A DNA stretch of 64,000 nt, taken from Marsupella aquatica. Lineage: Eukaryota > Plantae > Marchantiophyta. The notes under the pieces were generated by a model. That model was not told the DNA's origin. It did no database searches and saw nothing but the letters and a program-made list of their open reading frames with translations. The DNA lies in NCBI GenBank assembly GCA_973895155.1, contig OZ316891.1, forward strand, positions 19,059,048 to 19,123,047. The letters are read 5' to 3'. The position numbers and the translations under genes are program-made. This document shows positions 50,156 through 62,524 of this stretch, piece after piece (the stretch's first letter is position 1; every line of letters starts with the position of its first letter).

Positions 50156-51449
50156 CCCTGGGCCCTCACTCCTAGTATATTATACATACATACCTGTGAG
50201 CCTCCCTTCCCCTAGTACCCCTACTTATTATTTTTTCTCACATTGAGATTAACCTTGTTTTTTTGTAAAAACTACATTTTTGCTATTTTTCATGTGTTTT
50301 GAGTATGTTATAAAAAATGGTTTTGGGCAATAATATTTACCCTTCATAGATTACAAATTTAGTGCATTCAAAAGGATTTAAAGATGGAGAAAACATATGT
50401 AAGTGGTGATAACAGGGGTGTATCTTTATTTATGTTCTACTTATGAAGAACTTTGCCTAGATTTGGCTCATATAAACCCAATCATCTATATATAAAGGCT
50501 ATTTAAAGTCTATTGTGTGAATCAAGATAAAAACCTACATAACTTCTGGACCTAAAGAGTCTAGAGGCCCCTATGATTTTTGCCATCAAAAGTACATCCT
50601 CACTTAGGGCCTCATGTAAGAGAACTTTTGCCATCAAAAGTACATCCTCACTTAGGGCCTCACATAAGAGTACTGGCCATTGTGCTTGAATTGCCAAAAA
50701 ACATGATTGTAAAAATGTGACGGGTCCAACTAGAGGCACGTCCTCCAGCAGATCATATGATTTTCAAACTGAGACCACACTCTATATTCCCTCCACACCT
50801 GCCTCCACACCAGGAACCACAACATCTAGCTAGGACTCTTATTTAACCACAACCACCAAAACTCTCTTTAACTTTCTCTAACTCTTGAATTAACCACCAT
50901 GATCCCTGCCGCAGGTGTCAGACATTTAATACCAGGTCCGCTCTTGGTCCCACTCCAGCTCACTCTAGAGAGCTTCTTCATCACTTTTTCCCCCACCACA
51001 GTCATATCAAAGTCCCCAATAAACCTGACCCAAAAATGGACCAACACCATGAATCAGTTGCACACCTCAAATTTGTGTAAGTAACCCCCCTAGCTAAGTT
51101 CTTTTGGCTTAGGATACCCATTTGGGCATTCCCTTGGGCATTATATACATTTTGATATATGCAAACATATATGGACAAAACAGATGTATGGACACATGTG
51201 CCAATTAAGAATGGACATGTGTACCACTAATGTAATGTTGCGTGTTGTTGTTACCTATTGATCCCGCCTTCCATAGAAATAAAAATGAGAAAATTTAAAA
51301 GGGTCTTGCAAAATTAGAAGGAGGGTCAAGAATATATGTGGAGGTTACTTACTTGTAAAGTAATTATAAAAATTACTGTGAAAGGGATAAAATTGACTCT
51401 TGAATGGTTCTCACGTCCTCCTCATTTTAGAAAGGAGTGGGGGGCTAGG
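50156..51449. mobile_element. 1,294-bp non-autonomous insertion in the YR reading frame
   Basis: 9-bp direct repeat GCTCATCAT at 50147-50155 and 51450-51458; imperfect terminal inverted motif CCCTGGGCCCTCACTCCT / AGGAGTGGGGGGCTAGG; removal restores GERYDERLSKN in frame. Contains a small tandem duplication at about 50578-50662. Confidence 0.8.
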
Positions 51450-51627
51450 GCTCATCATACCTTTCTCCAACTTCATTTGTTCCGAAAGAAAATTCCTGTT
51501 CCTCCAAATTGTACAGCTCCTTATCACCTTGAATTGCAAAATGACACAAAAGATAGTAGATGGCTCTACGTTGAAACCCTCTTGGATGTGAGGGGCTTGT
51601 ACAAGCATGTGATAGTATAGTCTCCTC

Positions 51628-52245
51628 TCGGGGGCCTCAATCCCCTGCTCAATCCAAGGGGTGTCCCATATTATGCGTGAAGTTTTGGGGGAATAAACAC
51701 CCTAAAAGTTAAGTCAATAAAGTTTTTTTTTGGAATTGTTTTCCCCTAACTTAATGGAATATCCAAGAATATACCCAAATTTGATTTAAAAAACCCTAGG
51801 ATTCTTATAATGCTCAAAATTGGATTAAAATAACCCTAATGTTCGTCAACACAAATTTATAAGTATTTCACTAAACCCAATAAAAAAACTCTATACTTAT
51901 TCGCACGTGATGGGTCCTCGGGGGTCTCACTATATGGATGCCTCCCCATCACCTTCAATGTTTTTAGGTCTCGGACCCCCTAAAATGTAAGATTTTATTT
52001 TTATTTTTCAACCCCAATAAACTTGGAATATTCCAATTTTGGTTATAAGGACCCTAATGTTCTTATAAGTCTCAAAATTTGATTTAAAATACCCTGTTGT
52101 TCTTCATAGAAAATTCTTGAGTCTTCCATTTGAACCAATAAAATGACCATATACTTTGTCGCACGTGATGTGCCATTTTTATGGAAGTGAAACTCCCAAG
52201 GATGGATGGAAGAAAAGGAGTGAGGACCCTGGGACCCGCCCCAGG
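51628..52245. mobile_element. 618-bp non-autonomous insertion in the YR reading frame
   Basis: 9-bp direct repeat AGTCTCCTC at 51619-51627 and 52246-52254; GGGGCCTCAATCCC / GGAGTGAGGACCC terminal motifs; removal restores TLSDEETILSH in frame. Confidence 0.8.
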
Positions 52246-53032
52246 AGTCTCCTCATCTGACAAAGTTATAATTGCAGCCTTCTTTTGAGGGAGGTTGGCA
52301 CCTTGCCTCTTGGAGCGCTCCATGGCCAACACACATGATATACCAACCTATTTAAACTAGGGACTTGACCACATAAAGAAAATTGGTTCATCGATACCTG
52401 TTTGCTATACCCAAGATTCTTGCTTATGACTTGCATACGGTGAAATGCCCTGAACAGGCCTATCAAGGTTTGACTCGGATACAACTGTCCATCTTTCTTC
52501 TTAACTTGCTCAGAAAACTTTGCGAGAAGCATGTTGGAGTCTTGAGGCGATAGTTTCTCCAAAGAGAGAGACTCATCCAATCCCTTAAACAGCCAAAACT
52601 TATTTAACCTATTGCGGGCCCACTTGTCCATAGAGGCTGAAGGATTTGATCCACCCTCGGCAAGGTTCTTTGAAAGGACTCATTTTCTTGAAGAAATTTG
52701 AACAAGGGTCCTCCTTTGACATTAACAAAAACTTGACTGGACACTGGACTAACATTGGCCAACATAATTGAATCAAGACCAAGGTGCAATGTCTCGATAA
52801 GAGCATTTGTTTGCTCATCGACGTTTGGCTCTATGGCATCAATCTTTGTTGTCGTTGCCCCACTACTACTGCCATTGGGACTTTCATCTAATGGCACCAA
52901 AGTCACTTCCTTAATACCATTTGCAGATGCGATATATTTCAATCTTGAGCAAAATTAATCCAATACTGAAACTCGGGGAGGCCATTCCCTGATGCATGTC
53001 CAGGCATGATTGCACCGTGAATACATTGGGAG

Positions 53033-56000
53033 TGTTGAGCATAGACGACACTTGTAACGATAAGCACATGACACATCCAACGCGCAAGTAGTCGACACAA
53101 GAGATACGTGGTTCACCTCCTTGAGGCTACGTCCACAGGAACACACAAGAGAGCTTTACTGAACTCTAAGCCCGTCGGCTATACCAAGTCTCCACAGTGT
53201 AAGCTCTCCTCATCTCTCAAGTGGCCCCATAACAATGAGTCTAAGTTCCACTTATCCAAGCAAACACCGCTTGGCATATAGTGTGCATCCTAGTTAACCT
53301 AACCATGTCTCCGACTACGGTTAGTCTAACTATGGTTACATGTCGCAACCCTAGACCTTGAATAAATACCTAACAATCTCCCCCTTGACTCTGGTCTAGG
53401 GGAGGGTAATACTGCTAACCTATATGATTTCTCAGCGGGAAGTTCTGGATGAAAACTAACATGGTTTCCCCTCTCTAACTAGAGCAAACCAGAACTAAGC
53501 CGTAGCCTATTACTAGGAGCGAAGAAGAGCATATATCAGTAATTACAGCAAATGTTAAGAAAAATCCTTACTTGTGACGCAATTGCAAAACCTCCAGCAC
53601 ATCACGATGTCTAGAGAAACTTTTGAAAGGAATCACTTTAGTAAATGCGTCAACTGGGTTGAGTTTACCGTCTATCTTGACTAGCTCAAATAAATTATCA
53701 AACACAGTCTGCCTAATAAAATGGTACCTAACGTCTATGTGCTTCACTCTACTATCCATCACCTGGTTCACAGCAAGGTGGAGCGCACTCTGACTATCAC
53801 AATGGAGCTTCACATTCCCCTGTGGCAATCCCATTTCAGTGATAAGTCTATCCAACCAAATTGTTTCCTTCGCTACTTCCGCTGCTGCAACATACTCTGC
53901 TTCTATAGTAGACTAAGCAATACACTTATGCAAAGTAGACCTCCAACTTATGCATCCACCGCCAAGTGTAAACACGTACCCTGTTGTTGATCTCATTCGG
54001 TCCAGATCTTGTCCATAGTCAGAATCTACATAGCCAATCAATGATCTTGCATTATTTGCATTTGCATCAAATAAAAGGCCATGATCCACGGTACCTTTCA
54101 AGTACCTGATAATCGACTTCACTGCTTCCCAATGTACCTTCCCTGGATTCGACATGTACCTGCTTACCTTGCCCATAGCCATGGCAAGATCAGGTCTAGT
54201 GCAAGTCATCAAATACATGAGACTTCTCACTACCTTATCATAAGGAACCTTTGACATCATCCCCTGCTCTGTCACATCTGTGGGACAAAAAGCTGATGAC
54301 AATTTGAAGTGTGTAGCCAAAGGGGTACTTACTGGCTTACTATCCCCCATGTTGAACCTGACAATTACCTTCCTTGCATAACTGCTCTGTGTCAACCATA
54401 GCTTACCAACCTCCAAGTCCCTAGTGATCTCCATACCCAAAATCCTCTTAGCTAGCCCTAAGTCCTTCATCTTAAACTCTGCACTTAGCAGTGCCTTGAG
54501 CTTAACAATCTCAGACCTATCCTTGGCCGCAATAAGCATGTCATCCACATAAAGTACTAAAACAATGAACCCAAAGACAACATTTTTCACCGGTTTCAAA
54601 TGTACACAAGGGTCAAACACACTCCTGTGAAAACCTTGTGACCGAATCCAATCATCAAACCGCTTGTTCCATTGTCTTGGTGACTGCTTCAACCCATACA
54701 AGGATTTCAGCAATCTGCAAACCAGTTCCTCTTGTCCTCTCTTCACAAAACCTAGCGGCTGTCTCATGAAGATCACCTCTTCCAAGGTGCCATAGAGGAA
54801 AGCTGTGACAACATCCATCTGATCTAGCAGCAGACCAAACATTACAACAAGCACACACAATAGTCGTATTGTAGAGTACTTAGCAACTGGTGAGAAGACC
54901 TCATTGTAATCCACACCTTTCTCTTGTGTGAATCCCTTTGCTACCAACCTAGCCTTGTAGACCTTTGATCCACTTCCTGCAGAATTATCCTTCAGCTTGT
55001 AAATCCACTTGCTGTCCACCACTTGCTGACCCTTAGGCAGCTTAACAAGCTCCCAAGTTTTGTTGTCCTTCAGTGACCGCATCTCTGTTTGCATTGCTGC
55101 AGTCCACTTCTGTTTCTCCTTTGAAGCACTTGCCTCATCAAATGAAGAAGGTTCCCCTTCTTCCAAAATTAACGCATCACCCTCATCATCAGTTGCAAAA
55201 TTATCCTCTTGCAGTTGAGATGAATCAACCCACTGTCCATACCTAGGAGGAACGCGTACAGTGCGACCAGATGTTCTTCTAGCCGATGACTCCGGTTGAA
55301 TTGCGTCTACTGGTACAATTTGAAGCTCAACAACATCCACTTGCTGCTCACCAGCATCAACAACATCCACTTGTTCCTCTAGCACAGGAACCAGCTCCAT
55401 ACTTGGAGCACCTCCTTCTCTCCGATCATGCACTTCATGATCAATCTCTCCCTCAACGAGATCCGGGATATGAGATTTTCCTTTGTCAGTACAGGAGACT
55501 TGAGTATTCTTCCCCTTCTTCAATAATCTGGATTCATTGAAGGAAACATCCCTACTGACAACGAGCTTACAGGCGATAGGATCCCATAGCCTATAGGCTT
55601 TCACACCACTCTGGTACCCAAGAAAAACACATTTCTTGGAGGTAGGATCCAACTTGGTCCTATTCTGCTTCGGTGTGAGAGCATATGCATCACTTCCAAA
55701 AACTACCAAGCCATGATAGTCTGCTTGCCGCTTATAGCGCATTTCAAATGGCGTTTTGAAATTGATAGCACTAGAAGGAGAAAGATTTACCAAATAAGTT
55801 GCGGTATTGACAACTTCTACCCAAAATTCCTGTGGTAAACCTGATTGGCTCAACATACTCCGTGACTGCTCCAATAGTGTCCGATTGAGCCTCTCAGCGA
55901 CACCATTCTGCTGTGGAGTATAAATTGTGGTGAAATGACGAGTTATCCCCTGTTCTGAACAGTACTCTTCAAATTCCACTGAAGTATACTCCCCGCCGTT

Positions 56001-59000
56001 GTCGGACCTCAGACTCTTCACCCTTGTATCCAAATACTTGACCGTGTTTCCAGTCTGATTCTCCACCTGGGCCTTCCACTTCTTAAAAATGGACAAGACA
56101 TCAGACTTATGCGTCATGAAATAAATCCACATAAATCTTGCGTAATCATCAATAAATGATACATAGTACAACTTTCCAGAGTGTGAGGAAGTTGGGGATG
56201 GACCCCACACATCACTATGTATGTACTCGAGAACCGCTTTGGAATGATGAGTTCCAATACCGAAATCACGACGATGCTGCTTTCCAAAAATGCAATGCTC
56301 ACAGAAATCCAATTTACAAGACTGCAAATCAGAAATGAGCCCATTCTTTCGCAAGATAGCCAATCCCTTCTCACTCATCTGGCCTAGCCGTGAATGCCAC
56401 AGTTGAGTCATTTTCTTGTGAGACTTGGTTACATTGGCCTCTCCACATATTGTATTGCCCTGTAGCACATACAAATTCTTCTGTCTGCTCCCCTTCAAAA
56501 TCACTGTCTCTCCCGACATGACTTGAAGTTCACCATCAATTACTTGCCATTGATGACCATTTGTATCCAACACACCGAGTGAAATCAAATTCTTACGCAT
56601 GCCAAGTACAAACCTGACTCAGACACTGTGCACACAATGTCATCAAACATTTGAATCTTTACAGACCCAATACCCTCAACTCGACAGGAGTGATTATTTC
56701 CCATCAGAACTGAACCGTTTGAAACAGAGTAAGAACTGAAATACTCGCGAATATAACAAATGTGAAAGGAGCAAGCACAATCAAGAATCCACACATCGTT
56801 TGCTCTCCTAGATGATGTGCACAGGGCATACTCCTTGCTTCATAAAACATACTCATCATTGAGTAAATCAACTTCTCCATCAGCACTAGCCACATTGGCT
56901 GATGAAGATTCAGCTGCTGTACCCTTACAATCCCTCTTACGTGACCAACCTTGTGACACTTCCAACAGACTACTGGCTTTCTCTTCTGGGACTTCCCCCT
57001 TGAAGCAAATCTTGTCCTAGATTTACTTCTTCCCCTGCCATTCGTGCGCTGCTCTGGATGCTTCTGTGACCTCCCACGATTCACATTCAAGGCAGCACCA
57101 GACGACGATGATGGCTGAGAGGGCATGGTCAATTTTTGCTGCAAGTCATCAGTGAACAGAGCACTTACAACTTCATTGTAAGTGATAGTCTTCCTGTCAC
57201 GATGAAGCAGCACTCGTGACAATGACTGATATGATGAGGGTAAAGAGCTAAGCAAGTGAAGAGCCTGCCGCTCATCACTCAAATCCTCCCCCCAGATTTT
57301 GCAAATCAACGACCAGGTCGTTGAAACCATCGATATGGTCCAAAATCTTTGCACTTCCCTCCTTCATCTTGAAGCTCATCAGCTTCAAAGACGTGTAGAG
57401 CCGATTCGACAGCTCCTTCTGATGGTACTTTTCCTCCAATGCGGCAAACAATGACGCACAATCGACATGGTCCGCCACCTGCTTGATGACATTAGGCTGA
57501 AGATAGAGCATCACGGTGCTCACAACCTACTCCTGCATGTCATGCCAGTCATCATTGTCGACATCATTTGGCTGGTCCTTCAGCAATTTCCCAAGCCCGG
57601 TTGCACGGAGTACCCCCTTCACTTGTCGCTCCCACAACAAGTAGTCCATGCGGCCATCGTATTTCGTAACCTCAAACTTGGGATCTCCAAGCTTGATTGT
57701 TCCCATATTTTTTCTTGTCACTCGTCGCAATACCGGTGACCACAATTCCGCTAGATCGTCTACTTCCTCCTCTGTTCTCTCCGGTGACTCAATGGAACCC
57801 TCCTCCAAGTCACTCATGTGAGAAATCAAGAAAAAATGACGTTTTTCTCAACTTCTCAAAAAACTCAAAAGTTATCACCGCAACATAGCCCATGAGCCTA
57901 GCTTTCCAACGCTGAAAACCAAAATCGAAACCAAACTCCGACGTAAAAGTTATTCACTTTTCGGTCAGGGTGGGTAAAACTTGGAATTCTCCCCCGTTTT
58001 GACCACCTCGGGGAATAACCAAAATGTGAACTAGTACCCAACGTCAGAAATGCAATTCAATTTGTGCACCGCGTTGCCAACTCCGATGGCTAGCAACTTG
58101 CCAAAGACGAACGAAAAAAGTTACCTTTCGGCGGACAGAATCTTCGACGGACGAACAAAAAATAGCTCTTTGGTTTTTTGGAATATTCTATGACCCTTGT
58201 ACAGGCCCTGTGGGGATTTTGGAAAAGCAATCAAGGGGCTGACACGTGTCCTCAAATCCCCAAAACCCCCTACCACCCTTCGTCGTTGAAATCTGGTCGC
58301 GCGCGCAGAAAATACACATGATAGAATGTACTCCTCGACACCAAACACAAGATATCTCACTCGGGTTTTGACGAAATCAAGATCTGATTTCAGATTTGGA
58401 AACTAGACTCCGAGGCGGTGAAGATCGATATAAGAAGCACCTAAAACGAGGAAAGAACGAGGGAGAAAAAAATGGGTAAAGATGACAGATTTCTCTCAAT
58501 TGCCATAGCCAATTTCGAATCAGTTTTTTTCAAAGAGAAAAAATGGTACCTTGTCAACAACGAATGTTGATGAATTATACTTGGTGTCGTCACCAAGTCC
58601 AACAAGGTAATTGATTTCGCTTAGCCTTCCTCTTCGCATCAAAGAGCCAATCCCGGACTCAAAACAATCATCTTGCCTCAATCTCTCCGTTGAGTCAAAA
58701 CACTTGACGCTTCTCCCTCCGAGTCAATTGCCACGACAAGAAACCCCGCTCAGGCAAAAGAGGACTCCACACCGTTAGAAAGCTATTGCCCCGATCTATC
58801 CGTTGAGCCCATAAACTCCAAGTTCCATGCGACGGAACTCCGGGAAATCCACCGACACTCAACGCTGGAAAAACCGTCACGAACACACGTCACCTCCCAG
58901 GCATGCTCTGATACCAATTGTTGAGCATAGATGACACTCGTAACGATAAGCACATGACACATCCAACGCGCAAGTAGTCGACACAAGAGATACGTGGTTC

Positions 59001-59261
59001 ACCTCCTCGAGGCTACGTCCACGGGAACACACAAGAGAGCTTTACTGAACTCTAATCCCGTCGACTATACCAAGTCTCCACAGTGTAAGCTCTCCTCATC
59101 TCTCAAGTGACCCCATAACAATAAGCCTAAGTTCCACTTATCCAAGCAAACACCGCTTGGCATATAGTGTGCATCCTAGTTAACCTAACCACGTCTCCGA
59201 CTACGGTTAGTCTAACTATGGTTACATGTCACAACCCTAGACCTTGAGTAAATACCTAATA
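53033..59261 (-). mobile_element. Full-length decayed Ty1/copia (Tnt1-like) LTR retrotransposon, 6,229 bp
   Basis: 343-bp LTRs at 53033-53375 and 58919-59261; TSD GGGAG at 53028-53032 and 59262-59266; tRNA-Met PBS TGGTATCAGAGC next to 58919; PPT AAGGGGGAGAT next to 53375; 13 LTR mismatches by manual count. Confidence 0.98.
53568..57817 (-). pseudogene. Copia gag-pol with stops and frameshifts
   Basis: Gag KFEVTKYDG..YLLW, knuckle CWKCHKVGH, protease WILDCACSFH, integrase SFIDDY/LRSDNGGEY/PQQNGVAERLNRTL, RT YVDDML, RNase H GYVDSDY..RSTTGY..KHIDVRYHFIR; order PR-INT-RT-RH. Confidence 0.95.
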
Positions 59262-60900
59262 GGGAGCCATCCTACTATCTTATTAGTCGGGAGGCTAAAA
59301 ATTACATTAATGGTGAGCCTGATGGCAACTTTGACTCAATACATTGCTTCAATTAGAAATAAGAGGCGGATGGCAAGTTACAGTTGTTGGATACCTTCAA
59401 TGGAGACAAGCAGAAATATAAAAGGTTTTGTACTTGCAAAAAAGTGTCGCAATAGCAGCGATGTGACAAGCCTCAATGCGAATAGGATCGAGCACCGACA
59501 CATACCAGCAGCAATGCAAATAGGAGCATGCAGGACATAGCACACACGCCAGCCTCAATGCAAATAGGAGCACTGACACACGCCAGCAGCTTCAACATGA
59601 ATCAACGTAGGGAATAGGAGCAACTTCAACGCGAATCAACGTAGCACTACAAGACTAATCAAAGCAGAGAGCACTATGCACCCAATGGACCAGAGAGGGA
59701 TGACTCGTGACTGGCTGTCGACAAATGTGGACCCACTCTGACCTAATATAGGCAACCTGCACCTCCTCCTAGCCCATCCTGATCGTCGATGTATTCGTGA
59801 ATGGCCAGGATTCTTCAGGCAGGCACGCTGGATACTCCTCAATGGATTAGTTGGTGTTTATATTACCCAAACGACCTTAATGTGAACCTAATGCCTGCTT
59901 GTTTCTTTATGAGCGTACGTGGGTTGACCATGTACAGTCTACTAAAATACCTCATAAAGAAACACCTGGTTACCTTAATTGTATACATAACCAAGTGACG
60001 TCAAACTATAGAGTCTTTAATGTCATCAGCAAAGCAAGAAGACAAAGAAAGGTTTTCATGGGAGCCAAAAACAAGTCATTGGCAGCAGGGGCCACTAATG
60101 TACATTGCTAGGGGCAAAGAGAAATATGGTCAGGGTAACAAACTGAATTTTTCATATCCTTAAATCTAGTGAGAGGTAAAGGTCAGAAACTAATTGGTGG
60201 AGTTAGCCAAGGAATCTTCTGAGCATCTTATCCTTCACTTGAGGTGACATTCACCACCTTGACCAGAAAGTAAAAAATTGGCCTGATTACGCATCTGTCC
60301 TGGAGGAGGGTTGACAGTTGACACCCCCTCTTTGGGTGTCATACATGATGGAGAGGAGGGAACTACTTGCTCTCAAAGCAGGAAATGGCCTTCTCATGGT
60401 CATGGTTGAGGCCAGAGTTTCTTTAGTAGTTAATGTCCTTCCTGATTTTTCTCTTTGTAATCTTCAGGGCATTTGTGAGAAGAATACACAGTCAAGATTT
60501 GGATCAACGTATAATGAAAATTCTTCAGAATAGCCAAAAGAATGTCTGGGATTCTGAGTGTGATATCTTCTGGTCGCTGTTCATAATCTCATGGCATGAC
60601 TACAGTAGTTAGACTTGTTTTCCGGCCCATTGGGCGCTTGCGCGTGTTCTTCTTCTTCTTGGGAGGCTTTTGTCCCTTGTGTGGTGTTGACAGGCCCCGC
60701 ATAATTTTCTATTAAAAAATTATAAACAATTAAAAAAGATGAAATTCTTCTGTATGCTACTAAATTAGCAAGAACAATAATCTCTTGTATTTTCAAGTGT
60801 ACGTATTAAGGTCCAGTTACCAGAACATTGTTGGAAATAATAGCCCTCAAACCTCAAAGTGAAGCTCTTAGTTTTGGAGGCATTATGGTCCACAATGCTA

Positions 60901-61334
60901 TCTACAACTATAATAAGTGATCCCTCCTTTTTTTGTCCTTCGTCCGTTATGAAATCCAAAATCAGGGGAATCAAAACTGGCCGTTAGATATTTTAAAGTA
61001 TTTTCGTATCCGTTTGATTAGCACTTACCCTCTTTGGTGAAGCCTCCCGCGCCCGTGCCTTCAATATGGACCCCCCTCACGATATACATATACGGGCATC
61101 AATGCTTGCGATGCCTCACCGGCCCTCACAATGCCTTGCCCTGACGCCCTGCTTCGCCATCCCCTTGGCCCCGATGGGCTCGCCCCTGCCTCTCGCCCTC
61201 CCCTTGGTCCATGCCCTGACACCCTTGCCCTGACACCCTGCCTCGCCCTCCCCTCAGTCCCGATACGCTTGCCCCTGCCGACTCCCTATGGGCTGGCCCT
61301 CCTTGTGCCGTGCAACGCACGGGCATAGGGCTTG
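60901..61334 (+). mobile_element. Non-autonomous Helitron, 434 bp
   Basis: A|TCTACAACTATAATAAG 5' end; 3' hairpin CCGTGCAACGCACGG then GCATAGGGCTTG|T; inserted between A and T with no TSD. Confidence 0.8.
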
Positions 61335-61531
61335 TAAACATAATATTACTATACACAAAAAGTTGCTCATTTCTCTTCAATTTTGGCTAGAATTAGCCTG
61401 ACTTTGTTTGCCTTGGTTTAGCCAGGTCACATACCCCAATAGCCAGCTTTTTGGCTTTGAATTAGGCAGGCCACAACCCCAGTAGCCAGAATCTGACAAT
61501 TATGCTTAAATCTAGGGAGATCTAATGGTCA

Positions 61532-62165
61532 GGGTAATTTTCCCATCTGCCCATGGAGGAGTGTTACAGTTGACACCCCTGTTAAGGGACCATGATGTAG
61601 AGGAGATATCTATTTGCTCTCAAAACAAACAAAACAGCATGATTGTCATCATCCTTGAAATGGGTAATTTCTCCAATCTGCCCATGGAGGAGTGTTACAG
61701 TTGACACCCCTGTTAAGAGACCATGATGTAGAGGATATATCTATTTGCTCTCAGAACAAACAAAACACAGCATGATTGTCATCATCCTTGAAATGGGTAA
61801 TTTCTCCAATCTGCCCATGGAGGAGTGTTACAGTTGACACCCCTGTTAAGAGACCATGATGTAGAGGAGATATCTATTTGCTCTCAAAACAAACAAAACA
61901 CAGCATGATTGTCATCATCCTTGAAATGGGTAATTTCTCCAATCTGCCATGGAGGAGTGTTACAGTTGACACCCCTGTTAAGAGACCATGATGTAGAGGA
62001 GATATCTATTTGCTCTCAAAACAAACAAAACACAGCATGATTGTCATCATCCTTGAAATGGGTAATTTCTCCAATCTGCCCATGGAGGAGTGTTACAGTT
62101 GACACCTCTGGTAAAGTGCCATGATGCAGAGGAGAGAACTATTTGCCCTCAAACAAACAATACAG
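61532..62165. repeat. Tandem repeat, 130-133-bp unit, about 4.8 copies, upstream of the RWD gene; diverged monomer at about 60293-60410
   Basis: Units start at 61532, 61662, 61795, 61928 and 62060 (GGGTAATTT...CATGGAGGAGTGTTACAGTTGACACCCCTG...). Confidence 0.95.
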
Positions 62166-62371
62166 GATGACATACAGTACAGTGCACGCATGGATGCGTA
62201 TGTTGGGGACACAGATACTCTCTACTTTTAAGCACTTCTTCTTCTGGCACTGCGCTCTCAAACCCTCAATCTCATCCTGTGTCGCTGCAGGAGTTCTAAT
62301 TTCCAGTGCCGATTTTCTAAGCGGAGAGTAATTTAGTTTTTTTTTATCTTGATTTTGGGAGCATTCAGAGC

Positions 62372-62440
62372 ATTGAATCGAATTGAATTGAATTGAACTG
62401 AACTGAACTGAACTGAATTGAATTGAGCCGAATTGAATTG
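62372..62440. repeat. (AATTG/AACTG)n pentamer microsatellite in the probable 5' UTR
   Basis: Direct reading. Confidence 0.85.
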
Positions 62441-62524
62441 GCTTTGGTTTGGGTGGGTTGCGTTGAATTGCATTGAACTTGGAGTGAGGAGGATTGGTAG
62501 ATTTTGGCAAGAGTGGGGACAGAG

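Larger units (their letters stand above)
49600..52942 (-). pseudogene. Crypton-like (DUF3504-type) tyrosine recombinase relic, split by two insertions and several frameshifts
   Basis: LLAKFSEQVKKKDGQLYPSQTL; MERSKRQG..KKAAIITLSDEET|ILSH..PRGFQRRAIYYLLCHFAIQGDKELYNL..GER|YDERLSKNY..FFFYQ..WYST..MKEIHKEC..SNKSGCTTCITRMASEGI..NGHKIQGAYNRYDK, in the order of the YR R-K-HxxR-H-Y motifs. Confidence 0.78.

Noticed and set aside
51459-51462. Apparent splice donor AG|GTATGA in the recombinase relic
   Set aside because: Better explained as an insertion boundary: the 9-bp repeat GCTCATCAT flanks 50156-51449 and its removal restores the frame without splicing.
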